Positions 1 through 10,239 of a stretch of 64,000 nucleotides of DNA are shown piece by piece. Source of the DNA: an uncultured Verrucomicrobiae bacterium (GTDB lineage: Bacteria; Verrucomicrobiota; Verrucomicrobiia; Limisphaerales; Palsa-1400); contig CAVPOM010000010.1 of assembly GCA_963707025.1 (NCBI GenBank), forward strand, positions 64,001 to 128,000, in the 5' to 3' direction. The notes below the pieces were generated by a model, which made no database searches, was not told the origin of the DNA, and was given only the letters and a program-made list of their open reading frames with translations. Each line of letters opens with the position of its first letter. The stretch's first letter is position 1. Position numbers and translations under genes: made by a program.

Positions 1-989
1 ATTCGCGGTATGACATCACTGTAAAAGTGAAATATGTCATAAAAGCCTGGAATATCTGAATCTTTGAAAAATCTGAGCAGCACAATCCAGGCTACCCCCT
101 CAACGTGGATGGGCACGTAAACCCGATGCATCAATGCCAGTGCCTTGAAACCCGGGCATTCAGTTGCGGCTGATAAATCTTGATCCTTCAATGGATCAGC
201 TAATGTCACGGTTCCTGTTTGAAACGCCATAGCCGCTTCCCGGCCAAAAATATGACAAAACTGTTCAATCAAATCGCTTGTTTGAGTCGCGCTGCCGCCG
301 AGGAATGAGCGTTGAGTTTTCGAAAGCACGCATTGAGCTTGATGCGTGGCTCCCGCCGCACCAATGCCCATCTTGCCTTTTGCCACGAATAGGAATGGGA
401 ACAGGTTGGTCGTGTGCAAGTTTCCGCGCCCTCGCAGACGAAAATGAGGCGAGTCCTCCAAGATTTTCCAAACGTTGCTGAACACGGCCTCGCAAGTCGT
501 ATCCCAATCCGTTTGTTCAACAGCATTTTCATAAGCTGTCTTGCATGCAGTTCTGTTCTTGGAAGCACCGACCGCCTCCGTCGCCATTTTCAATGATTGT
601 CCAAATTGTTTGCCTTCGTGGGGCGAGTTGAAATCTGGATGGGCGAAAAGCTGGACGAAAGCCAAACGGGCGTTCTCGTCGCTCAAGAATGACGCGCCAA
701 TCGAACGATAGCAGGCAACGACTCGTTTTGAATGCGGGATAAGCACGCCGCCTTCCTCGCAAAATTTCGTCTCGACATGCGGATGGGTTGAGAAGATCGG
801 GCGCCGTGTGTTCGCACTTTCCCAAAGGGTGATCACAGTTGGATCGGGTTTGTTAAGGAAAATCTTCAGGTAGTCGCAAAACGGCAAAAGAAACGCTTTC
901 CTATACAGCCAGTAATCCAGACCAAGCAGCGAGCGCCTAATGAGTGTTTGTCGCTCGACCTGCTGCGAATCTGTGAGCGTTCCCGTCAT
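1..989 (-). CDS. Hypothetical protein, at least 329 aa, runs off the left window edge (absent from the ORF track)
   Basis: Manual translation from ATG 989 (ATGA overlap with the ABC ATPase stop) gives MTGTLTDSQQVERQTLIRRSLLGLDYWLYRK...FYSDVIPR with no stop to position 1. Confidence 0.75.
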   Translation of the reverse strand, partial: MTGTLTDSQQVERQTLIRRSLLGLDYWLYRKAFLLPFCDYLKIFLNKPDPTVITLWESANTRRPIFSTHPHVETKFCEEGGVLIPHSKRVVACYRSIGASFLSDENARLAFVQLFAHPDFNSPHEGKQFGQSLKMATEAVGASKNRTACKTAYENAVEQTDWDTTCEAVFSNVWKILEDSPHFRLRGRGNLHTTNLFPFLFVAKGKMGIGAAGATHQAQCVLSKTQRSFLGGSATQTSDLIEQFCHIFGREAAMAFQTGTVTLADPLKDQDLSAATECPGFKALALMHRVYVPIHVEGVAWIVLLRFFKDSDIPGFYDIFHFYSDVIPR

Positions 990-1699
990 TGTGGGGATTG
1001 GTGTGCCGCATTGTCGCTCACAATCTGCCCGTCTTGCAAGGTGACAATTCTGTCGGCAAACGACTCAACCCGGTTCAGATCGTGCGTCACATAAACGATG
1101 GTCTTCCCCAAGTTTTTCAGTTCGCCAATCAGTTTGAGACAGATGCCGGCGTTCGTCGCGTCCAAGGCGGCCAGCGGTTCATCGAGCAGAATCACTTTGG
1201 CCGGGCGCAGGCTGGCGATTAAGATTGCCAGAATTTGCCGCTGCCCGCCCAACAACGTCTTTGCCTGTTGTTGAAGTCGTTCAGCCAACCCCAGGGGCAG
1301 CAGCAGGGAACGGTGTCTGGCGGCCAAGGCCCTTTTATTCAGGCGGCGGGCGCGCGCCTCATCGTCGGCCACGACCAGGTTTTCAAAAACCGTCATCGTT
1401 GGCACACTGCCAATCAACGGGTCTTGGTGAACGTGAAAAACAGCTTTCGCAATGCCCGCCGGCCGCAACCTGCCTGCCGGTTTCCCTTCGATCAAAACCT
1501 CGCCTTGTTCCGGCACCAACAGACAACTTAAAGCCCGCAAGAGGGTTGTCTTGCCGCTGCCATTGGGTCCCGTGACAACCAGTGCCTGACCGGCCGGAAT
1601 TTTCAGGCATATTCCATCAATTGCCCGGACTGTTTGTCCCCAGCGCGAGAACGTCACCAGCAGATCGTGAACTTCAACAATGTCGTGACCATTGTTCAT
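986..1699 (-). CDS. ABC transporter ATP-binding protein
   Basis: Walker A GPNGSGKT, signature-like LLGGQRQ, Walker B ILLDEP, H-loop VTHD. Confidence 0.95.
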   Translation of the reverse strand: MNNGHDIVEVHDLLVTFSRWGQTVRAIDGICLKIPAGQALVVTGPNGSGKTTLLRALSCLLVPEQGEVLIEGKPAGRLRPAGIAKAVFHVHQDPLIGSVPTMTVFENLVVADDEARARRLNKRALAARHRSLLLPLGLAERLQQQAKTLLGGQRQILAILIASLRPAKVILLDEPLAALDATNAGICLKLIGELKNLGKTIVYVTHDLNRVESFADRIVTLQDGQIVSDNAAHQSPQ

Positions 1700-2606
1700 T
1701 TGAGATCCTCGAGAAAAAGCTGTCCGTTCTTTGTCCCCGCAGCGCGATCACCAGGAGAACGAGAACGGCGGTGGCAAGCTTCAAATCCGTTGCGGCCAAT
1801 CCCATGCTCAAAGCGTAGCTCACCAAAACTTCGTAAACCACCGCCCCCGTCACGGCGGCCAGAAGCACGTATGATTGGTAGGAAAACCACTTTTCGGGAA
1901 CCAGTTTCTCGCCAATCGTCATTGCGGCCAATGCCAGAATCAGCACCCCCTGTCCCATCCCAACGTCGGCAAATCCTTGATTCATGGTTGCCAAAATGCC
2001 ACCCAATGCCGCCAGACCGTTGGTTACAGCCAAGCCGGTAATTACGTTGGCTGGAACATAAACCCCGAGCAGCCGGGCATATTCCGGGTTTGCACCGGCA
2101 GCGCGTAATCGCAAGCCCGGTCGGGACGAGAGGCTGGCTGCTGCGGCGATGCCAACAGCGCCGACAAGGACGCCCAGCAACATGATTGTGCCAACATGGA
2201 ACCGGCTGTTCATAAGATGATTCAACGGCTGAACAAAATCGAAAAGGGATGGCTGGGTTAAAAGACCTATGTTCGATGCTCCCATGATACGAAGGCTCAT
2301 GGTGTAGGTGATTGCCACAACAATTATGCCGGCGAGCAGTTTGTTCAACTTGAACCGAACATGAAAATAAGCCGTCAAACACCCAGCCAGGGCACCGGCG
2401 GTGACTCCAAGGCAAACAGCGATTGGAACAGTCACCCCATTCTTAACAAGGATTCCATAAGTTGCGGCTCCAAGCGGAAAAGAGCCTTCAATCGTAATAT
2501 CAGGAAAGGCCAGAACACGAAATGCCACGGCGAAAGCGATAACGGGCCAGGCGTAGATCAAGCCAGTCACCAGACCAACATCGAGTGGAATGAAGGAATT
2601 CATCAC
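1674..2606 (-). CDS. ABC transporter permease
   Basis: Multiple TM segments; FPDITIEGSFPLG and QGFADVGMG motifs typical of permeases paired with ABC_sub_bind proteins. Confidence 0.9.
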   Translation of the reverse strand: MMNSFIPLDVGLVTGLIYAWPVIAFAVAFRVLAFPDITIEGSFPLGAATYGILVKNGVTVPIAVCLGVTAGALAGCLTAYFHVRFKLNKLLAGIIVVAITYTMSLRIMGASNIGLLTQPSLFDFVQPLNHLMNSRFHVGTIMLLGVLVGAVGIAAAASLSSRPGLRLRAAGANPEYARLLGVYVPANVITGLAVTNGLAALGGILATMNQGFADVGMGQGVLILALAAMTIGEKLVPEKWFSYQSYVLLAAVTGAVVYEVLVSYALSMGLAATDLKLATAVLVLLVIALRGQRTDSFFSRISNEQWSRHC

Positions 2607-3595
2607 TTGATTTCATCGAATACTTTAGTGGCATTGGTGACAACATCGGGCGGCAAGGGGTCGTGCATGAGTTCCGCAGCTTTTTTGTTTAGATAGATTT
2701 GTCCCGATTCAGGCTGGACAACCGGCAGGTTTTTTTCTCCATGCAGAACTTTCACGACGAGTTTCCCGGTCTCGCGCCCGATTTCGTAATATCCAGCAGA
2801 AACAGCCCCGATGGCCCCTTTTTCCACGGAGCCGCTGTCACATGCAAAAACGGGAATTTTGTTCTCAATGCCGGTCTTCACCGCTCCCGCAATGCCTGCG
2901 GCCACCGTGTTATCAGTGGAAATCAGCAGAACGTCCACGCGGCCAACCAAACCAGCCGCAACGCGGTATTCTTCAGACGTGGAGTTCACTGGCCCCTCCA
3001 CCACTTCAAAGCCGAACGTCGGTGCAATCTCTTCGATTTTTTTGACCGCGAATTGAGAAGAGGCTTCACCCGGATTAAAGAGCAGGCCAAGCCGCTTAGC
3101 GTTCGGGTTGATTCGCCGAATCAGCTTCAATTGCTCACCATAGGGGATCGCGTCCGTCGTGCCAGTGACCTTTGGATTAGAGCCATCCAAAGAATCAACA
3201 ACGCCCGCACCGACTGGATCGGTTAATGCGCCAAAAACGATCTCGCCCTTAAACTTCTTCACGATGGCTTGAGCAACCGGGGTGGAAATCGCCACTACAA
3301 CATCAGGATTTCGAGCAGCCAACTCGTCCGCGATGGCAGCAACCTGTCCCATATTCCCTTCCGCGTTGAGCAGGATATATCGCGCCCCAATCCCATTGGC
3401 GTAACCGTCACTCGTGAGTTCATCAATGACCCCTTTCTGGACGGCATCAAGGATTGGGTGCGTCTGGAGAGTGGCGATGGCAATGACCTTTTGATCCGCA
3501 CTGCCTCCGCCGTTGTTGATTCTCTCGAAAATGAATACCCCAGCGACAATGACGGCCACCAGGAGCGCAATCACTAACTTGTTGGATTTTTTCAT
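2603..3595 (-). CDS. ABC transporter substrate-binding protein (ABC_sub_bind, aromatic amino acid-like)
   Basis: N-terminal signal/anchor; HPILD, TDPVGAG, TDNTV motifs; operonic with permease and ATPase. Confidence 0.9.
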   Translation of the reverse strand: MKKSNKLVIALLVAVIVAGVFIFERINNGGGSADQKVIAIATLQTHPILDAVQKGVIDELTSDGYANGIGARYILLNAEGNMGQVAAIADELAARNPDVVVAISTPVAQAIVKKFKGEIVFGALTDPVGAGVVDSLDGSNPKVTGTTDAIPYGEQLKLIRRINPNAKRLGLLFNPGEASSQFAVKKIEEIAPTFGFEVVEGPVNSTSEEYRVAAGLVGRVDVLLISTDNTVAAGIAGAVKTGIENKIPVFACDSGSVEKGAIGAVSAGYYEIGRETGKLVVKVLHGEKNLPVVQPESGQIYLNKKAAELMHDPLPPDVVTNATKVFDEIK

Positions 3596-3608
3596 AGGTG
3601 TTCGTTGG

Positions 3609-5237
3609 TCAGTTTCTTTCGGCAGATGTGATCGTTAAAAAGTCGGTGGTTCGCTGTTTCTGGCGAAAATGTTTTGCGCTGATCCTGCCGTCCGCCTGGG
3701 TTTGCCCGGTCTCGCTGACCAGATATTTTCCGTATTTGAAAACTTTAATGCCAGCAAATTCCTCTTCGTCGTCGAGATCTGTCAAAACGCCGCTAATTCT
3801 CATCACGGCCTTCAAATCAACGATTTTATCGGCGTCGCTGTCATCGGTTTCAAACTGGCTCGCTTCAAGCACTTTGGGTTTGAGTATGCCAATGGGAATA
3901 CCGCCTGTCCCGTGAGCGAAGTGCTTCCCCAACCATTTGAGCACCGGGGCTTGCTTGGCCTCCCATTTGGTGAAGGACTCGAAAATGTCTCGCGGGAATG
4001 TTTTGTTTTTGCGCCAACCAGACTCGAAATGGCTGGTTCCAGGATAAACAACGTGCAACTGTGGAAAGATGGTAATTGTCTTTCCACGACGAGCGGCGGC
4101 TTGTCCCATTTCCTTCAAAATATTCTTGGTCTGTGTGTGGTCTTCGTCTGTTTCATCAGGCAGACCGAATTGGAGGTTTATGTAGCAGCTAACATTGGAT
4201 TCCAAAAGTGCTGGAACCACTTTCCGTTTCAGGCGTTCGAGATAACGCTCTGGATTTGGCGCTTTGTTTAGATACTCCAAATGTCTGGGAACCAGCGATT
4301 CGACGCCGAGATACACCGCCTCTGCGCCCGCGCGCTCCAGCAGCGACACAAGTCCCTCACGATCCATTGACTCAACGCGGGTCTGGCAATCCCACCAGAA
4401 TTCAAGCCCGTCGCGGCGCAATTCAGCCAGAGCACCGCATAGTTCATCAGTTCGGCGAGGCGTGTGAGCAAAAAAATTATCCTCGATGGCAATCCGGGAA
4501 AAACCGAGTTCCACCAACTGGCGTATGTCTTGGCACACCCGGGCCACACTCCGCGCTCTGATCTTCTGATTTGATACCGAACAGAAGGCGCATTTGAGCG
4601 GGCAGCCACGCGCGCTCACATAGGTTACATGGCCGAACTTACCCGGAGTGCCGCTAATACTGTTTCCCTCGAAGGTCAGCGGGATCGAATCCAACTGGCT
4701 TTCATTGAGGAGGGCAGGCGGTTGATTAAAGTTAACTGAACCTTTGTGCCAGAATGCCAATCCGGGGGTAGAACAGACGCGCGGAAATCGGTGAAGAAAT
4801 TCAGTCATCGCGATTTCACCTTCACCGACCACCACGTAGTCAACTGTGTTCTGGTGGTGCGTAAGCACAATTTCAGCGTCAGCACTGGCATGAGGCCCCC
4901 CGAAAACGGTCTTGAATTCCACACCAGGAATCGAAAGCGATTTGAAAGCTGAAGCTGTAGCCAACGCCGACTGATAAGAAGCCGTTGTCGTGGTGATGCC
5001 AACCACCGTCTGGCTTGAAAATGAAATGCGACCTGAAATGTGACTTTGCCGGATCACTTCTTGCAGGCTGGATAACGGAGTTGAACTCAAGTCAAGGAGT
5101 TGCACCTCGATTTTCGGCACATTCGCCTGATTCGCCTGAATGTAATTGGCGAGGCTGATCAACCCTGTGGCAAACCCGCCCAACAATCCGAATTGCGGGG
5201 GCATCACAAGAATCAAAGTTAAATCTGCATTTTCCAT
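3609..5237 (-). CDS. Cobalamin-binding radical SAM protein
   Basis: B12-binding-type GGPHAS...VVGEGE and RGCPLKCAFC (CxxxCxxC); start chosen at ATG 5237. Confidence 0.9.
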   Translation of the reverse strand: MENADLTLILVMPPQFGLLGGFATGLISLANYIQANQANVPKIEVQLLDLSSTPLSSLQEVIRQSHISGRISFSSQTVVGITTTTASYQSALATASAFKSLSIPGVEFKTVFGGPHASADAEIVLTHHQNTVDYVVVGEGEIAMTEFLHRFPRVCSTPGLAFWHKGSVNFNQPPALLNESQLDSIPLTFEGNSISGTPGKFGHVTYVSARGCPLKCAFCSVSNQKIRARSVARVCQDIRQLVELGFSRIAIEDNFFAHTPRRTDELCGALAELRRDGLEFWWDCQTRVESMDREGLVSLLERAGAEAVYLGVESLVPRHLEYLNKAPNPERYLERLKRKVVPALLESNVSCYINLQFGLPDETDEDHTQTKNILKEMGQAAARRGKTITIFPQLHVVYPGTSHFESGWRKNKTFPRDIFESFTKWEAKQAPVLKWLGKHFAHGTGGIPIGILKPKVLEASQFETDDSDADKIVDLKAVMRISGVLTDLDDEEEFAGIKVFKYGKYLVSETGQTQADGRISAKHFRQKQRTTDFLTITSAERN

Positions 5238-5702
5238 GGGCACAATGAGCGTGCTGCTCTGATAACCCAATCGCAGGTGAAGTGCCATGCTGCCGATGCA
5301 CCACAAAAACGATGAAAACGAACAGTTTCCGATGATTTATGCCTGCCCCGATGCCTTCGTGCCGTAACGGTGCGGTTACGCCGTAATCCCTGCGTTACGA
5401 ATTTGACAGCCAAAGAGACGCCCATTCCTTGTAGATTTCTGTCTTTGTCCGACACAAAACATGCGTGACAGAGTTCTCGGATACGACACTGATTTTAGCA
5501 ACGCAAATGCTCCTAAGAACGGCGAAATGCAAGGCTTGCAGGCACCGAGCCGGCAACAACACCCTTCCAAGAAAATCAACTAGAGGTCGTTGTCCGGTCT
5601 GTGTAGACGGGCAACGTCAATTTTCCACCACTCATTGGCATCACAATTGCCATACATGATTTCGCGGTCATCAAACAGTCGAATGCAACGCAATTAGCAA
5701 TT

Positions 5703-6014
5703 ATGGACATTATCATTATCAAAGACGTATTACCACGTTGTGTGACTTGGCGAGACGCTGCGGAAACAGTTCGGCAGAATTTGAATCCCCGCAGGATTGA
5801 GAACAGGGATGGGGTTAACGTTGTAAATGCTGTTTTGTGGTCTGAGATCCGTTCTTTCTTTGAAACATCTGGTCTGAAAAATCAAGACGCAGAGCAGGCA
5901 GTGTTTCAGTTGCGAGATTTAGGATTCATTAAGCATCAGGGAAAAGTGAAGGTTGGGGAGACTCGTTGGTCGGGGTCTGACATTGTTGATTGGGTCATGC
6001 AATTTCAGTTCTGA
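5703..6014 (+). CDS. Hypothetical protein (103 aa)
   Basis: ATG-started ORF with protein-like composition filling the intergenic gap. Confidence 0.55.
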   Translation: MDIIIIKDVLPRCVTWRDAAETVRQNLNPRRIENRDGVNVVNAVLWSEIRSFFETSGLKNQDAEQAVFQLRDLGFIKHQGKVKVGETRWSGSDIVDWVMQFQF

Positions 6015-6158
6015 TTTTGTGCCGTTACCACAAAGACCTCGCACCGATGGAATCAACAACTGGTCGGCATTGCTTGTTTGACCGCTCGGAGTTGTTTGCC
6101 GAGTATGAGCGGCGGCAGCCACCCGCAAGATAATTCATCCTGAAAGTATTTTTGAACA

Positions 6159-6713
6159 ATGAACACGCTACCCACTTTGGAGACGGAGCGATTGGTGCTT
6201 CGCCCTTTCATGCTGCCTGATGCGCCAGAAGTGCAACGGCTGGCTGGCGACAAAGATGTGGCATCTACGACTTCACGCATTCCCCATCCCTACAAAGACG
6301 GAATGGCTGAAAAATGGATTGATTCCCATGCTGGGAATTTTGCTAGGCGCGAGGGGATCTCGCTCGCAATCACCTTGCGCACGGATGGCTCGCTGGTGGG
6401 GGCGGTTGGTTTGATAATTTCCGAGGAAAACTCACGAGCGGAGCTCGGCTATTGGATCGGCAGGCCGTTTTGGAACCACGGCTATGCCACTGAGGCCGGG
6501 CGTGCGATGGTGAAATACGGTTTTCAAGAATTGGGCTTGGAGCGAATCCATGCACAACATTTGAAGCGAAATCCAGCCTCGGGCGCAGTCCTGGCCAAAA
6601 TCGGCCTGAGCCACGAAGGATGCCTACGCCAGCACGTGAAAAAATGGGGGATGTTCGAGGACGTCGAAGTGTGGAGCGCGCTCCGTGCCGAAAATATCGG
6701 TCCGGTCGGTTGA
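6159..6713 (+). CDS. GNAT N-acetyltransferase (RimJ/RimL family)
   Basis: LETERLVLRP, AELGYWIG..FWNHGYATEA, NPASGAVLAKIG. Confidence 0.93.
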   Translation: MNTLPTLETERLVLRPFMLPDAPEVQRLAGDKDVASTTSRIPHPYKDGMAEKWIDSHAGNFARREGISLAITLRTDGSLVGAVGLIISEENSRAELGYWIGRPFWNHGYATEAGRAMVKYGFQELGLERIHAQHLKRNPASGAVLAKIGLSHEGCLRQHVKKWGMFEDVEVWSALRAENIGPVG

Positions 6714-6830
6714 TCTGCTCGATGAAATAAAAACCAAGCTGTTCCGCGCGCAACTTGCACGGAACTGGCGGTCGGAAATGCGTGACTTGGAGAGCATGTT
6801 TTTGTAAAATTGTCAAACCTGAAATCGCTT

Positions 6831-8123
6831 ATGCCTCGATCACGAAAAGAATGGCAAGATGATGTTGACAGCGCGCGCGCGGAAGCAGGAGACGCGTGCG
6901 CTGAATATGCTCAGGCAAAGGGTGAGTTGGAGGCAGCTCGCGACGGGCAGGTTGCTGCTCAGAAGCAAGTAGAGGCGGCGCGGCAGGATGTCGAGTCTGC
7001 GAGAGCCTCTGTTGCGTCTGCCAGAGCATCGTTGGCATCCGCACAAGAGGAACTGCGGCGCGTTCAAGCAGATCGCGAGGCGTCATCCGAGGAAAAAGCG
7101 GCGGCACGGGAAGCCGTCGAGGCGGCGCGTGAAGAACTCAGCAACGCCGAGCGAGAACTCTCCGAAGCGCAGGAACACCTTAATCAGGCCCAGCAAAAAG
7201 TGAGCGAGGCCGAACGCAGGGTCAGCGAAGCCGAGCGCGCTTTTTCAGCAGCCAAACAACGTGTATCCGAGGCGCGTTCTCGGTTGGAGAGCGTCACATC
7301 CTCTGCCGAGGATGGTCTTTCACGAGCCGGGGCAGCTCGTGTTCCCGATGGTTCAGTAAGGTTTTCGAGCCACTTCACAGCGGCGCGCACGCATCGCGAC
7401 GAAGAAACTGATTTCTTCAGGAATTTGGTTGATGAACTCAACGGTGCGCTGGCCGAATTGAACAATGCCACCTCGGCATCCCCACGCCAAGGGCGCTCCA
7501 GCAGTTCTTGGTCTGGCTCGTCCGGCGCACTTTGGGGTGGTGGCTCTGGCGGGGGACTGCCGGACTTGCCTCCTCGGTTTGGCGGGGGCGGGTTTGGATT
7601 GCCGGGGATTTCGGGAGTTGACTTGTTGGGTTGGCCTGATCCCCCGTCTCGGTTCGCTCCTCGCGGCCCTTCCATGCTCGCGACATCACCGCAGAGTTTT
7701 TCTCCGGCTTGGGCACGCCGGGAAGGCAATGAGTTGTCGCTTGGATTCTCCACGGTTGCTCCACCCGGCGCACTTCCATTCTTGGGAACGGGGCCAGTGC
7801 CCACGAGTTCATACTTGCGTCTTGGCCTCGGAACAGCCGGCTGGACCACACCTCTGGGTTTTGGAACGACCCCGTCCTCCTACGCTCTTTCTTTGGGCAG
7901 TCCGACGTTAGGTTTCGGCAAGCGTGGCTACGATATTCTTCCGCAAATTTCGCTCACGCCCTCCAGAGGAGGGCTGGGATTGGCCACAGGCGGTTCGCCG
8001 AGTTCGATGACCGGCGGTATTCAAAGCTTCGATTTGGGCCGTGGCCTCGGCTGGGGAAACGCTTGTGACAATATTGGAGGAGGCTTTGGCGGATTTGGGG
8101 GCGGAATGGGACTGGGTTCGTAG
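6831..8123 (+). CDS. Long coiled-coil protein with Gly/Pro/Ser-rich C-terminal half
   Basis: Ala/Glu/Arg heptads over about 200 aa, then a Gly-rich tail; start ATG 6831 or TTG 6810. Confidence 0.8.
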   Translation: MPRSRKEWQDDVDSARAEAGDACAEYAQAKGELEAARDGQVAAQKQVEAARQDVESARASVASARASLASAQEELRRVQADREASSEEKAAAREAVEAAREELSNAERELSEAQEHLNQAQQKVSEAERRVSEAERAFSAAKQRVSEARSRLESVTSSAEDGLSRAGAARVPDGSVRFSSHFTAARTHRDEETDFFRNLVDELNGALAELNNATSASPRQGRSSSSWSGSSGALWGGGSGGGLPDLPPRFGGGGFGLPGISGVDLLGWPDPPSRFAPRGPSMLATSPQSFSPAWARREGNELSLGFSTVAPPGALPFLGTGPVPTSSYLRLGLGTAGWTTPLGFGTTPSSYALSLGSPTLGFGKRGYDILPQISLTPSRGGLGLATGGSPSSMTGGIQSFDLGRGLGWGNACDNIGGGFGGFGGGMGLGS

Positions 8124-8146
8124 GTGAAAATAATCAGGATTTCAAT

Positions 8147-8934
8147 ATGAGCAACAAAGCAAAACCGGAACTGCCGCAGGCCGTGCAGCAGTTCATTGAG
8201 GATTTGGACGGGGCATTGGGCGACTCCTGGTGGGAATCGTTCTCTTTGGATCGCTCGCAAGGGGCGCAGGAAAGGCAGACAGCGACATTGATCTGGCTGT
8301 GATCGTGACCGATATGGATGCCGAACGCAGCCGACAGGAGGTGTTCCGTGTCTTCGGTGCGAGTGGCGCTTCGCCGGATGCGGTGGCTCTGAGTGTGGAA
8401 AGCTACATGCGGCTGAAGGAATTCTTGCGCGTCGGAGATCCATTCGCTTGGGTGGTCTGCTCCGAAGGGTTTATTCTCAAGGACAGGTCCGAATTGCTTG
8501 GACGACTTCAGCAGCAGTGCCGTGCAGCAACGGGAGACCGGAAGGTCGCGCCCACCGTGGGCTATTTGGAGGGCAAGAGCCGCATGCACTACGCGCAAGC
8601 GATGCAGTCATTGTGGCAATGCCTTTCCAACCTTCAGCTTTGCACAATGGCGGCTGCGCAGGCCGTGGCCGTTCAACATTCCAAGCGGGACGTGCCTGAG
8701 AAAGACCTGGCCGGCCTGGGTGATTGGGGCCGCCTCAAAGAGACATTGCAACAAACCTCGGCTACCCGCCGGGAGATTGAAGCCGTCGAGCGTCTGATTC
8801 TCGCTCATAAGCAGGCGCGAACAAATGCGGCGGAATATGCGGGAAGAGACCTTGTGGAAGCTTTGCGAACTGTTGGTGAACTCTGGGCGAGGCTTTTGCC
8901 TGGCTTCTCCAAATCAACGGGAGACAAAAAATGA
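8147..8934 (+). CDS. Nucleotidyltransferase (MNT/Pol-beta fold) with helical, possibly HEPN-like, C-terminal domain; frameshift near 8228
   Basis: LFGSLARG..SDIDLAV motif; upstream ATG 8147 (MSNKAKPELPQAVQQFIEDL) joins by a 1-nt indel; RLILAH near the C-terminus. Confidence 0.8.
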
Positions 8935-9275
8935 GCGCAACGAACAAATACGGCGAACTGGAGGGCAGTGCATGCCCCAAATGCGGCGATCCAATCAAAC
9001 CGCAATGGGTGGCGTGTCCCGCTTGTGGCGCGACACTCAACAATGGCTCGGGCACTGAAACAAAAAAGACTTCATCACAACCGGATCGGTTTACATGCCC
9101 GGGTTGCGGTGAGAGAGCGACGGCCAATGAGGACGCAAAGTTTTGCGAGACGTGCGCGGCATTCGTCCACGAAGACTGCATGGTTCGGGCACCTGAGCGG
9201 CTAAAAGATGGCAAGACGTATTGCGAATACTATTGTCCGGTGTGCAATAAAATTCTGAATTGTGATGTGAAATGA
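8931..9275 (+). CDS. NKYGE-leader zinc ribbon + C4HC3 RING/PHD-like finger protein
   Basis: CPKC..CPAC, then CPGC..CETCxxxxHxxC..CPVC; ATGA overlap with the upstream gene. Confidence 0.85.
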   Translation: MSATNKYGELEGSACPKCGDPIKPQWVACPACGATLNNGSGTETKKTSSQPDRFTCPGCGERATANEDAKFCETCAAFVHEDCMVRAPERLKDGKTYCEYYCPVCNKILNCDVK

Positions 9276-9304
9276 CACGAGCGGGTCAACTGGAACGGTA
9301 AATC

Positions 9305-9664
9305 ATGAGTGCGACGAACAAATACGGTGAACTGGAAGGCGGGAAATGCCCGGAATGTGGCGATCCAATTAAACCGCAGTGGGTGGCGTGCCCAGAATGT
9401 GGAGCCTCTTTGGTAAAAGGCAGACGCGTCGCAGAAGTTTCGACACCAGCCGAGACACCGAAATCTCTTTTCTCTCAAACTTGTCCTGGTTGTGGAGAGA
9501 AAGCGACGGCAGCAGGTCAAACAGGTCCGTTTGGCTCATATTCACTTAACAAAGGATACCTCTGTAAGAACTGCCAAGCGTTTGTGCATTTTGGGTGTTT
9601 GGTGGACAACGCGCTTTGTCCGGTCTGTGGTTTGGTTGTTGGAAATCTGCTGGTTCCGTATTGA
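9305..9664 (+). CDS. NKYGE-leader zinc ribbon + C4HC3 RING/PHD-like finger protein
   Basis: CPEC..CPEC, then CPGC..CKNCxxxxHxxC..CPVC. Confidence 0.85.
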   Translation: MSATNKYGELEGGKCPECGDPIKPQWVACPECGASLVKGRRVAEVSTPAETPKSLFSQTCPGCGEKATAAGQTGPFGSYSLNKGYLCKNCQAFVHFGCLVDNALCPVCGLVVGNLLVPY

Positions 9665-9666
9665 AG

Positions 9667-10239
9667 ATGAAAGCGAATTACTCAACCACGGGCGATTCCG
9701 CGCTGCTTATGCGACTCGACGACGCTCTCTCGCTGTTTGATGAACCAGTGTGGCGCGAGTTAAAACAGGCTGTGGAGACACCCGAGCAGCCCAAGCCGGA
9801 GACCAGACCGGTGTCCAAGGAATGGTTCCGAGCGAATCCACAGCTTCTCGCCAAAGAGAAGGCGGTGCTCGAAAAACTCCTTTCTGCCTTACCGGAATTC
9901 CCGGGCCTGTTTTATCAGAAGCAGAATCCCACGCTGCTCGGTGCCGCAGGCCTGCTACAGGTCACTGGCGCTACCAAGGTAAAGGTGGAGTTGGTCTTTC
10001 CGGCGGATTATCCGCAGTCTGCGCCGCGAGTGTTTTTCTTCGGCCCGGCCATCAAGAAAGCGCCGCGTCTGTTGCGCGCGGATGGCTCCATCCCCGTTCC
10101 GTTCGGTGCCGATCAGCAGTGGAATCCGGGTTGCAACAGCGGGACGCTTTTGAACTGGGCGTTGGAATGGTTTGAGAGCAACATGGAAGTGAAGCCACCG
10201 CATTCTCAGGAGCGTGGCAATGGGAGAACAAGACGATGA
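9667..10239 (+). CDS. E2/UBC-fold protein lacking the catalytic Cys (UEV-like)
   Basis: VELVFPADYPQSAPRVFF...DGSIPV...QWNP matches the UBC pattern, with Pro at the catalytic position. Confidence 0.7.
   Translation: MKANYSTTGDSALLMRLDDALSLFDEPVWRELKQAVETPEQPKPETRPVSKEWFRANPQLLAKEKAVLEKLLSALPEFPGLFYQKQNPTLLGAAGLLQVTGATKVKVELVFPADYPQSAPRVFFFGPAIKKAPRLLRADGSIPVPFGADQQWNPGCNSGTLLNWALEWFESNMEVKPPHSQERGNGRTRR

Noticed and set aside
8949..8963. YGELE/YGELD as the type VII YxxxD/E secretion signal
   Set aside because: That signal normally follows a helical hairpin near the C-terminus; a five-residue pattern alone is too weak
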